DNA of 63,191 nt, the filler included, from Craspedostauros australis (taxonomy: Eukaryota): the NCBI GenBank assembly GCA_030167865.1. It is 12 parts of 12 records of this genome, joined end to end, with 100 filler letters (N's around TTAATTAATTAA, not from the genome) between each part and the next. Parts side by side here need not be neighbours in the genome. Positions count along the whole stretch, not along the records: positions 30,204 to 42,447 come from JALAGF010004312.1; positions 42,548 to 47,666 come from JALAGF010004313.1; 10 more parts are not named here. One strand, 5' to 3'. The notes below the pieces were generated by a model. That model was given only the letters and a program-made list of their open reading frames with translations, had not been told where the DNA came from and searched no databases. The position numbers and the translations under genes are program-made. Shown in pieces: positions 34,095-44,625 of this stretch. The stretch's first letter is position 1. Each line of letters begins with the position of its first letter.

Positions 34095-37000
34095 TCAATC
34101 CATAAGTATTGCTTTCGTTGTTCCTTCGCTGCCGTTCGTCAATTGGACGAATGAGTTCGAGATTGCCCCGGCCATGCTGCGGCAGGACGGGTCAGGATCA
34201 TCGTGTGCGATATCTGCTAGCTGCCTTGCAAAAGAGCCATTCTCCAAACCTGCTGCTAAGATTTGATACAGCTTGTCTTGTGGGAGTCGCACGATGGCCG
34301 TGGCACAGGCCATGAGAACTCCCATGCGGACATCTGCGACTTCGGCATCTCGGAATGGCCACGCCAGTTCCAGCAAGTCCCACGCCATGACGTTCGTGCC
34401 TGGGGCATACCCAGATCCTTCGACCACACGCCCCAACGTCACGAAGATGTTGGCGAGGAGCCGAGATCCGCTCGGGCCTGTCCACATTGCTTCGTTGTGC
34501 TCCGCCGCAGGTAGATGCGGTGGCGTTGGTGGTGATGGCGCTGATGATGGCGTTGAGGATGGCACCACGGATGATTTGGTCGATTTCATGAATTTCGAGA
34601 CGATTGAGTAAAACCAGATTGGTGCGACTGGACCAAGCTTATTGCTCTGGCCAGAGGCTGTTGCTGTTGTTGTCGTTGCTGTGCGCGATCGCTTGCGGCG
34701 TGTCTGCGACTCCAGCTTGGCCACCTGGAACGAGGAAGATGTCGATGAAGTCAGCGAATGTTGATTCTGCGCGTTTCGCGGGGCGGCCTCGTCCGCCTGC
34801 AGCGAGAGAGTTCCGCCCACACTCAGCTCAGCAGCCGATGCCTGCAGTGCGGAAAGAATGTTGAGACGGTCGCTGAGCGACATGTTGTCCTCGAATAGTT
34901 CGTCGATCAATCGATTTCCCACGATCAAAGGTGTTTGCGTGGTCAAGGCAACCAGATTGGAATGGAGCATGTCGGTGAAGTTGTCCATGTCGTACATGTT
35001 CTGCATGCGCAAGAGCTGCATCGCAAGCGATGTGGCGATATCCGGGAGATTCAACGGTTGGGACCGTATGAGTCTGGGGAGCTCCTGTAGTGCCATGCGA
35101 TGCTGGCTTGATGCGGTCTCATCCTTTTCGCTCGCGCGCAAGTACTCCAGACACTTCTCCAAGTACAGCGGCCTTGCAACTTCCAAAAGATCCTCTTCGT
35201 CATCTTCGATATCATACGGCACCAAACCGGGATCATCGCTCCAGATTGACTCCTCGTCACCATCAGCATCGTCACGCGCGCTCGTCTCGTCGTTGATGTT
35301 GGTAAAGCTGTTGCTGCGTCCGTCCGGAATGGTCGGAGTAATTGTATGGCTGGTGGTTGCATGTTCGTTGTTCAGATCATCATCTTCATCGTCAGACTCC
35401 ACCACAGCATCCGGGTCCAACAACGAGAGGCCGCTCTTCTTTGCTGGCTTGGTCCGTTGCGAGCTCTTTCGTGTCACTGGCGGTTCTTCTTCTGCCGCAG
35501 CTTTTTGTCGCGCTTCTGACGGCATTGGCTTCGATTCCTGCAATGATCTTTGCAGGGGTTCCTCGCGTCTTTCATCGCTTTGCATGCTCCCGATGCGACT
35601 GATGAAAAGCAGCTCCACGTCGCTGTTTTGTGACACTTCCTCAAATTGGATCGGCTTGCCCAAGTGCCCAGAAAGGAGAATCGCAGCACGTATCCCATCC
35701 CTCCTCACGCTGGAGACTGCTGATTCCAACCGATGCGTTGTGCCGTGCAGCACGCATTCCGTGATTTTGTGGTTGATTTGCTGCAGCAACTTGAGGCCAA
35801 TCAGGATCAGCCTTGTAACATGCTGCTGCATGCGAAGATCGGTCTGCTGCACAAACATGCTCGTCGACCACGTCTCAAGCAACGTCGTGAGGTGCCGTTG
35901 GAAGAGAGGATCTGCGGATTGCGTTGACGAATCCACAGCATTCCCAGTTGCGTTGATGCCTGAGCTATGAGAGATCCCTTCGTACTCATCGTCTGAATCG
36001 TCGCTGGTGTTGTCGCTGTTGTCGTCGCTCCCCGAGATTGCCGGTCCATGCGTCGAATTGGCCTTCGTTCTTTGTGAACCACTGATCGTGAACAGCAAGT
36101 TCATGACCTGCGCACAAAGGTCGCGATCCTGGGCATCGTCAGATGGAATGGATGAGGAATGAAATGCCATCAATCGCAAGAAGGCGCTTTGCTGGTCTGC
36201 GGATTCCTTGAGCACATGCTTTGCGATCTGATTGCAGCTTTCACGTTGATACGAAATGCACGTGGTAGTGATGGAGTATTGGACGAATGATCGCACGAAG
36301 GTGGCTGTTTCTCTTGGGGATATCGATGGAATCATTTTGTTGAGGTTGGCCAAGAGGAATGCTTCGCAAGGCTGATCGCTCGTGTGGATATGCTCCAAAG
36401 ATGCGACGAAGGACATGGTCCCGCTGATCGCATGATCGCATCTGTGCGTGCGGATCAATTGAACGAGGAGCGTCTTGAGAAATGCCTCTGCAAACGCAGC
36501 CTCGCTGCAGCTTCGGCGGCTACTGTTGTTCTTCCTGCTGATCCACTTGTCTCCTCGTTCAAGGTGGTATACGCGCTCCAAGCCACAACGAACGATGCGA
36601 GGAAAGAATCGGTTGCCCGTGCTCCATGTGGGAACTGCGAGTTTCCCGGCGAGACAAGCGTTGGAGATGATCCTTGGCAAGAGAAGTATCCCCGTATGTA
36701 CCAAGGAATCCAATTCGATCTGATCCGAACTCGTTGAGGTATGTCTTGCAGCACTGAGAGCACTATTTGCTTCGCTGTTGCTAACATCCTGAAACTGCTG
36801 CGCTTGCTTCCGCCGTCGTCCTGACGTGCACAGCATTCGGTAGATTGTGGACAGGGAGTTCCGCAGCAGGTTGGTAGTTGCGATGGCATCCCCTTGCTTC
36901 CCTTTGTGTTTGATGCCACCATCTTCTTTCTGGTTGAGGGAGCTGACATGATTGAGGCATATGATGGAAGCTGTGACGCAAGGAATGATCCCCAATCCAT

Positions 37001-37403
37001 CCAGGATTTCCTTGCAAACCTGGTTGAGCTCATCATCCATGCCTTGCACAGTTACTGCTTCAAATAGCGAACGCACAATGCCTTGCCTTTCCGCGGATGG
37101 TAGCGGTCGAATTGTGCCGTGCGTAGATGCTCCTTCGCCCACTTGAGCACCATCCTCCAGTTCCAACCCCGACTTCGACTCCAACTCCAGCTTCAACGTT
37201 CGCTGCAGATGAGCGTCCAATTCGTGGAGTGCGCGGAGCTGATCATCTCGGGTTTGTGCGGAACAGCATGTTTCCATCAGCGCAGTCAGACCTTCCAGCT
37301 TGTCTGTCCCATCGTTTGACGATTGCGCATCATAGCCGCATGAACGTGATCTCTCGGCTCCGCTCGATGCTTCTGTCGACGCAGTAGGATGCATTGTTGT
37401 CAT
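34095..37403 (-). CDS. TEL2: Telomere length regulation protein TEL2 (TTT complex), ~1102 aa
   Basis: GTTHRLESAVSSVRRDG, acidic SDD..L.PYDIEDD motif followed by PLYLEKCLEYL, LSDRLNILSAL, NKLGPVAPIWFY. Start at ATG 37403 is inferred. Confidence 0.85.
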   Translation of the reverse strand: MTTMHPTASTEASSGAERSRSCGYDAQSSNDGTDKLEGLTALMETCCSAQTRDDQLRALHELDAHLQRTLKLELESKSGLELEDGAQVGEGASTHGTIRPLPSAERQGIVRSLFEAVTVQGMDDELNQVCKEILDGLGIIPCVTASIICLNHVSSLNQKEDGGIKHKGKQGDAIATTNLLRNSLSTIYRMLCTSGRRRKQAQQFQDVSNSEANSALSAARHTSTSSDQIELDSLVHTGILLLPRIISNACLAGKLAVPTWSTGNRFFPRIVRCGLERVYHLERGDKWISRKNNSSRRSCSEAAFAEAFLKTLLVQLIRTHRCDHAISGTMSFVASLEHIHTSDQPCEAFLLANLNKMIPSISPRETATFVRSFVQYSITTTCISYQRESCNQIAKHVLKESADQQSAFLRLMAFHSSSIPSDDAQDRDLCAQVMNLLFTISGSQRTKANSTHGPAISGSDDNSDNTSDDSDDEYEGISHSSGINATGNAVDSSTQSADPLFQRHLTTLLETWSTSMFVQQTDLRMQQHVTRLILIGLKLLQQINHKITECVLHGTTHRLESAVSSVRRDGIRAAILLSGHLGKPIQFEEVSQNSDVELLFISRIGSMQSDERREEPLQRSLQESKPMPSEARQKAAAEEEPPVTRKSSQRTKPAKKSGLSLLDPDAVVESDDEDDDLNNEHATTSHTITPTIPDGRSNSFTNINDETSARDDADGDEESIWSDDPGLVPYDIEDDEEDLLEVARPLYLEKCLEYLRASEKDETASSQHRMALQELPRLIRSQPLNLPDIATSLAMQLLRMQNMYDMDNFTDMLHSNLVALTTQTPLIVGNRLIDELFEDNMSLSDRLNILSALQASAAELSVGGTLSLQADEAAPRNAQNQHSLTSSTSSSFQVAKLESQTRRKRSRTATTTTATASGQSNKLGPVAPIWFYSIVSKFMKSTKSSVVPSSTPSSAPSPPTPPHLPAAEHNEAMWTGPSGSRLLANIFVTLGRVVEGSGYAPGTNVMAWDLLELAWPFRDAEVADVRMGVLMACATAIVRLPQDKLYQILAAGLENGSFARQLADIAHDDPDPSCRSMAGAISNSFVQLTNGSEGTTKAILMD

Positions 37404-40095
37404 GGTGCTCTTGTCCGAACTCGTATCTTGTTGTTGCTGCGAGAGTTCTGTTGGTGTTGCCGCCTCCTTCTGTTCTCGTGGGTGTGTGTTGTTCGCGATG
37501 CGTCCGCCTCGTCGCGTTTCGCTTCGTTTCGTTCTCCATCCACAAATTGACGAACAGTTTGTCCTCAGAAAGACGACCAATTGGACCATACTTATTTTGG
37601 CAACAACAATGCATTTTGATACGAAACACAGTCGAAAATGAAGAAGCACAAGTGATCTGTTGAGTCCGTGACTCCTTCGGTCCCGGTTTTCTGTCAAAAT
37701 TGCTTGATACGATTCGGCAACAAGAACAACACCCACAGATCCAGCAACAGTCGATGTTGCCGTTCGAGGAGCCACCTGCGCTACCGAACGCTCAATCTCG
37801 CACTCTCTCTCCTTGCTCATGGACGGACCACTCCGCATACTTGACAAATCGATCGCGCCGAAGGCTGCCTTGTCGGAACTCACCGACTCATCAGAAGATT
37901 GCAAGAGATCTTTACCTTTCATTGAGACGAGTCCGTGCAGATGTGTGATTGAAATGCTCTCTTGGACCAAACGGCATCTTGGAAGAGGAGCTCTGCCTTG
38001 AATGCGGTTCATGGATGGAGCGCGCCCTTTTCTCCTCACTGCTTCGAGAAGTCGCTCATGTATGCAGCACTGATTCACTGCCAGGGACGACTGATGAGGT
38101 CGTTGCCTTCTCCGGCTGGTTGGGAATGAATAATTTGCTTGTTGTCCGATGGAAGAAGATGAAGCGATTCCTCTGATTTGTCTGGCTTCGTGTTGTTGAG
38201 TCGCAGACAACAAACATGACTACGTGGCAGTGGTCGCTGGATAGATCAGTAGGCCACATTCCTATCCATCGCAACATCGTAGATATGCTCCTCACGCAAA
38301 AGTGTTCCCCTTCCACTGTTGAGGCGCAACTGTCGCAAAGAAACCGAGGGAAGCAAATTTTGTCTCCAGACCACCAATCATCCTTCGAGCACGAGCCACA
38401 TCTCTGTGGAATTTGTCAGGGACGTCTACTCCAGTGGCGTTCATCGTCACAGATCCAGCAGGATTCACGACCCCAAAAGGTCTGCAAAGGCCTTTTCATT
38501 TTATATTCTCTCCACAAGAATGCAAGGAGAGAGTTATGTTGGAGCTTAACGATGAACCGCGACAAGTGCTCAGAAAAAGTGAGCTATCAGAGGGTACATT
38601 GGCTTGAATCTATCGTCACACGCTAGAGCTGTCCCCCAGCTGGTGTGAAATGCGATGGAGAGCATGATCGTCTCTGATGTCATCCGTTGATGTGTTGAGT
38701 TTGGGCATGGGAAAAGTGTCTGGGAAGAAGATTGGCGCTAGATTCTTCGTTTTAAGTGTAGAATTGAATCCATGGAGTCAATGCCTTTGAAGGTTCCGGT
38801 CGATATTGATTTGTGGTTGCATTTGGACCAATGTCTGTTCGCTTCTCGTACGTTTGTGGGGTTGCGTCTGTTTCTCAAAGCTACTTGTGTGTCTGTCTGT
38901 TTGTTTGATCATCCAACAGACACAAAAACTCAAGAAATCCGTGACATACAGTCACGACATCAAACATTTCATCACTAAGCTGTGAAAGGGACATCACGTT
39001 GACACTTTCGATAGGGACAGAATGTGGATAAGCGCTTTGTGCGTATCGTGCCCGACTTCGGCCGCGAGGTGACCATCGGCGGTTCCACTTCCCGTCCGCG
39101 AGAGTATCGTGGAGTAATCGTGGTCGTTTGTTTCCAAACGAATGGGAACATGAAATGATGGTACAAGAGAAGATAAGTAGTGGGATTTTGTTTTTGATGG
39201 TCGCGAGTTCGTTTCTTTTGCGGCTGCCTTCTGTCCACGGTTTTCTGCGGTGTTGCTGTGGTGATAGCAGGCATCGACATGGGTCAATAGCAGGCATGGA
39301 TGTGGGTTGGATGTAGGCATCAGCACGAGTTGAATGCAGGCTGTGTTCACGATGCTCCGTGGCCTTGCACTCCATGGCCTTGCGCTCCGTTGTCCATTTG
39401 CATTTCGTTCATCCATTCGGTGTTGTTGTGGGTTACGGTCGATAATGTCTTGGGATCGTGTGGATGATTCTTTGCTTTTGGAGAAGCGCACTGTGTCAGC
39501 TCAAATCTCGTTATGACATGGCGTGGACAGAATACACGCAGAACGTCTTTCTTTGGCGAAGGCACGTGTCTGCGTCGTCACAGACCCACCACATAGCAGG
39601 AATGTGTCATAAACGCCACACAGGGTGAAAATGGATTCCCAGATTGCGTTTGGTGGGGCATTTGGAGCGTGGTTGGGGCTATTAGTTCGCAAACCTTCAC
39701 AATGAAAGAGTGGAATCGCCTCTGTAGATAAAAAGGAGGCGCTATGCTGAGTTCTCCCTCCTCAAAACCAAACAAGAAAACACACAAAGGGCGTCAAGCG
39801 CTCCAACCGTGTTAGCGCACGCGTCCATCATGGAAGCGGCCTGGCCGAGCTTGGTGAAGGCTTGTTGACAATTTCGATGTCACGCTTCACGCAAACATTC
39901 ACCTCACAGCCCGCACAGTTACGGCTATGACACGATGATGGTGGCCAAACAATTCTCTTCTGCTTTCTTCAGACACAAAGGTACATGCATACCCAAAGCT
40001 CGTACGAGCTACAGCACCGCAACAATTGTTTCAGAGTGACCGAAGCAAACAAGGGAGGCATCATAATTTCATTCTCTATGCGTACTCCGCTTCCC

Positions 40096-40140
40096 CAGAC
40101 TCGACTCAAGCCGACTCAAGCCGACTCAAGCCGACTCAAC
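40096..40140 (+). repeat. Short tandem repeat (GCCGACTCAA)x~4 upstream of the AAA-ATPase gene
   Basis: Direct reading. Confidence 0.85.
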
Positions 40141-40173
40141 GATACCAACTCACAGCCTGATCCGCCGGCGACA

Positions 40174-42447
40174 ATGGCGACAATGACAACAATGGCAAGC
40201 ACTGTGAACTGCATTGATGATGCCTCCTCGGTGTCATCAAAGGCCAAGTCATCCGCGGCGACTTCCACGATGCACGACGCCACAGCGTCGCCCAGCAACA
40301 TGTCGGATCATGATCACTCTCGGCAACATGACATGGAACCGAGCGCTGCTGCGGCCCCCAGCCTTTTCGAGAAGAACCATGGAGGTGGCAACACCACAAG
40401 TTGCTATGGCAGAGACCAAGAATTGCAGATCCTGCATCAAGTCTTCAATCAGATGATGCACAAAGGCACCGCGACTTCCCCAGCACCATCGACCGTTACG
40501 GCCCAACCATCAACTGCAGCATCTTTGTCAACATCATCAGCATTGTCATCCTCTGTCCCTCCCTCCACGTTCACGCCCACCTCCACCTCCACCTCCACCC
40601 ACAAAGCTAGATCGAACAACAATGACGCTTCACCATCCATCCCGGCTGCATTCGTCTGGGGTGGAAGCGGAACCGGCAAGTCGCATCTAGTGGATGCCTT
40701 CTGCGATCAGATTCGCAATGGACAGCAGAACAAGAACACAGGCATGGGCGTGCACATCCTCAAGGGCAAGTTCGAAAAGCACCAGCAGAACGATCCCTAC
40801 TCCGCCATCACGCAAGCATTTTCAGGATGGTGTGCCGCGCTGGCCACATCTACCGCCACGCATACAAACATCGGCAAATCCAGCACCTCTGCTCCTGCAC
40901 ACAGGATGGATTTACAGCGGTTGCGAGCTCGGATCAAGGCAAGCACGTTGACATCCGAACAGATCAACCTCCTGCTGTCTTTCGTGCCATCACTCTCCAT
41001 CCTCATCAACAACGATGCCAACAACGTCAACGACAATACCGACTGGTCGCCAAAGCCGCAATCCCAGCCACAACCCGAAGCGACTTCCTCTCAGATCACT
41101 GCCAATGACACTGTCTGGAACAGATTCCAGTACGCCTTCTCCCAGCTCTTGACCTCCATCTCATCGAAGGCATCCCCAATGATACTGGTGCTCGATGATC
41201 TGCAATGGGCATCCCAGCAGAGCATGGATCTCATGTCCACCACGATGAGCCATCCCAACTTCCTGTGGCTCGGTACGATCCGACAAGACTACAATCCCCA
41301 CTCACCAACTGAGCTGCTGGATCTGGATCCCGAAGTCCCGTTCATGAAGCTGCTGAGCGAGATGCGTCAAGCACAAGCACAAGCACAAGCACAAGAGGTG
41401 GAAGATGATGCATCGCAGTGCGTTGACCATGACGACGGCACTCTCACACCACCATACACCAATATTCATGTCGCAAGCTTCACGAAGCAACAGCTCCACT
41501 CATGGATCACTCAACTCCTTCACCGGCACAACTCCATCGATGTCGACATACCCGTAGCGAGTGGTGACGAAGAAGATGGGGAAGATGAGGAAGATGATGC
41601 TCTCACCAAGATCACCGACTACCTCTTCAAGCGCACAAATGGCAACATCTTCCATTCTGTACAGTTGCTACAAGAGATGGAGCGCAAGAGCATCCTCCAG
41701 TATGACCGCATCATGTCCCAATGGGCGCTGAATGATGAGCTCGATACCGATGAGCTCTCCCAGTTCAGTTCATCATCAACCAATTCAAGGGGTGTCCTCC
41801 GTCTCATCTCATCCCAGATGAAGGCTTTGCCTGTCGCCCTGCAGAAGGCGCTGGCCATCGCATCGTACATCAGATCATCGTTCGATTCTGACTTGCTGCA
41901 GATCGTGCTGGACTACGAAGAGAAACACAACCGGGCCAGTGACGAGATCATCGAGCACTCCAGAGACCGTGCCAATTCCCACCCTGCACTTGTTGCGGAC
42001 GAACGCGGCAGCGATCTTTCCGAGCTGCTGGAGCAAGCCGTGCTCGAAGGCCTCCTGCACAATGCCATCGGCGGAACCACCTACCGCTTCGCTCATGATC
42101 GCATTCAGGAGGCAGCCCGGGGACTGGTTCCATTCGGAGAGGTCCGCACCAAGCTCCGGCTGCGTGTCGGCCGATGTCTGTGGGAGTTGTGCACGGATAC
42201 ATCACTCAGCCACAGTCGTAGTCTGCAGGACTCTTCCTCCACAACTCATGCGCGCACTTCGGCTGGCAACGACACCAGTTTCATGTTCATAGCGACGGAC
42301 CATCTGAACTGTGTGGCCAGCAAGGATCATTTGGAAACGTTGCAGCGCAATCTTCAAACGGGCGAGCATGCGCTGCAAATGGCCGCTCTATCGCCTGCTG
42401 CGACGTACCTCCGGCATGCATCGACAGCCCTCCGCAAGCTGAAGGGC
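40174..42447 (+). CDS. STAND-class AAA ATPase (AAA_16-like) protein, 3'-partial
   Basis: YGRDQE, Walker A GGSGTGKS, GKFE, Walker B LVLDDLQW, TNGNIF, YRFAHDRIQEAA. Confidence 0.9.
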
Positions 42448-42547
42448 NNNNNNNNNNNNNNNNNNNNNNNNNNNNNNNNNNNNNNNNNNNNTTAATTAAT
42501 TAANNNNNNNNNNNNNNNNNNNNNNNNNNNNNNNNNNNNNNNNNNNN

Positions 42548-44159
42548 CAGATTCTGACGGTCTCAGCTCTGCTGCTGATGTCCTCGATGGTGATGGAATG
42601 TGCCGATGCATTCATCGTCAATCCATCCAGGGGCCCTGAATCAGCCACGATGCTGCATGCCAACCAGAACGAATCGGCCGACGTCACATCCAGACGTTCG
42701 ATGCTGCTCTCCACAGCTGCCGGTGCTGTGGGTGCAGCAACCGCCTTGATGGTGTCACCACCTCAACCAGCACACGCCCGCCTCGAGGCTGTCAACCGTC
42801 CCGATCTACTCCCAACAGAGGCAGGTCTCAACGTCATCCAAACGGAGAAGTTCCTCACATCGGGACAGGCCAAGCGACTCGATGGCATGCTGACCAATCT
42901 GGAACGTGACACCGGCTTTCGTTTGCGTCTGCTCTGTCAGAACTACCCCAACACACCTGGATTGGCCATCCGCGACTACTGGGATTTGGGCAAGGAAGGG
43001 CAGAAGGATGACAAGTACATCGTTCTCGTCGTTGATCAGTTTGGCGGACGTGGTAGGTCCCATCGTTTGCAGAGTGGCGTGTTGCACCACGTGAGCATCG
43101 AAGTGCTTCTTTGAGATCATACTCGTACGCATGGTCTAAGAACGTCCGGGGTACCAACCCATCGATCAAAGCAGGCATGCGCCTTTGCTCCATTCGGTTT
43201 GATGCAACCACGCCTCCAGCTTTCATGCCAGATGTGGCCACCCTCGGTCAGTCCCTTTTTCATTCGTTCTCACCATTCCTCTCTCATCGCTTCGTACCAA
43301 ATCCATGTGAATTGCAATGCTGGTGGCGCCCAAAACAACGCTGTATCATAAACGATGGCGGCATCGCACATGCACAATTCAAATGATGATGCAACCCAAC
43401 GTATGTACACAGGCAATGTATTGAACTTCAATGTCGGAGACGGTGTGAAGGTAAGGGACAGCGCATGGTGTGCAAAGTTGGATGTCGTGTAATGATTTCA
43501 TTGGCATACCGACGCGAAGGGAGTTTGAGAGTACGCCACCGCTACACCAACATGAGAAGCTCTCCTGCAGGCTGGCCTTCTGATGATCAGCGCAACCGAT
43601 CATTCAACCGCAATGTTTCTCACAAATTCATCTTGCCCCTGTTCTTTTCTGACACTTGTTTCTGTTACAAACGTACCTGTAGTTTGCTTTGCCAAATGTG
43701 TTCTGGACTCGGCTTTCGGGAAAGTATGGAACGGTGAGTAACTGCTGAATCATTGTGTTTCCGTTTGCGAGCGAGAGGATGGGGTGGTCGTTCATCGGCA
43801 TGCTGATGCATTGCAGGGCGTGTAGATAGTATTTTGGCGTCTCTCTCATGTGTACATGACAGTCACGCCACATGACAGTCACGCCACATGACGGTCACGC
43901 CATACGAACAGCACTCACTGATATCCTCTGCCTTATTTTTACGCAACTACATGTTCCACTCTTCTCCATGATGTGTTGCTCGCTCTTGTTGCTGGTCGCT
44001 GTTGCTGCCACACAGACATTCTACGTTCGTGACAACGGCATCGACCTGGCCATCACGAACGCTGTGGAAGCAATCGTGTCCTGCCTGAGATCCGAGGATG
44101 GCTTCTGCACCAGCCCACCAGACGAGGCACAGAGTCTGAGAGGGTTGGGATTCAAATGA
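42548..44159 (+). CDS. Thylakoid lumenal TPM-domain protein (15.0 kDa protein 2-like); exons <42548-43052, 43413-43450, 43683-43733, 44016-44159
   Basis: Signal ...CADA|F, Tat motif SRRSMLL...AHA|. Mature RLEAVNRPDLLP, ERDTGFRLRLLCQNYPNTPGLAIRDYW, GNVLNFNVG, FWTRLSGKYG, AVEAIVSCLR. GT-AG introns restore the frame. Confidence 0.9.
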
Positions 44160-44625
44160 GTCAAGGTTCGGGATAGCGTTGATTTCATTTCTTGGATCAT
44201 GTGGAGTCAAACCCGACATGACATGCACTCTCGTGTTGTGGAAGCATAGACGCCACAGCAGCAACTGCATGAGGCTAACTCGATGAATGGCTACTGCTAC
44301 TGCTATTACAACTACTACAATTCACATCTTTGCCCACCTTAAAGTGTGTCCGGCGAAAGGGCGAAAAGGCAACAGACATTCTGTCTTCGTTCTTTTTTCA
44401 TCATGCAGTGTGTATTAGTACTGATACTTATTCTATGAAATGATTGATCTCCGATATTGGACGGTAGGTGGTGGAATGCACCGGAGCGCGACGAGTTCCA
44501 AGAGTGTCGTGTTCTTGAATTACAACTTGGTCACCATGGAGCTCCTCGAATTGTGTGAGCATTGTACTCGATGACGGCATCCTTCCGTTGATGTTCACCA
44601 TTCGACATCAAAATCGACTTCAGCG

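Noticed and set aside
30677..37403. RibD_C-FucT-TEL2 as a functional cluster
   Set aside because: Unrelated functions on alternating strands; ordinary compact diatom gene spacing.
37404..38213. TEL2 as a 1372-aa protein
   Set aside because: The track start is non-ATG and the first 270 codons have no TEL2-like character.
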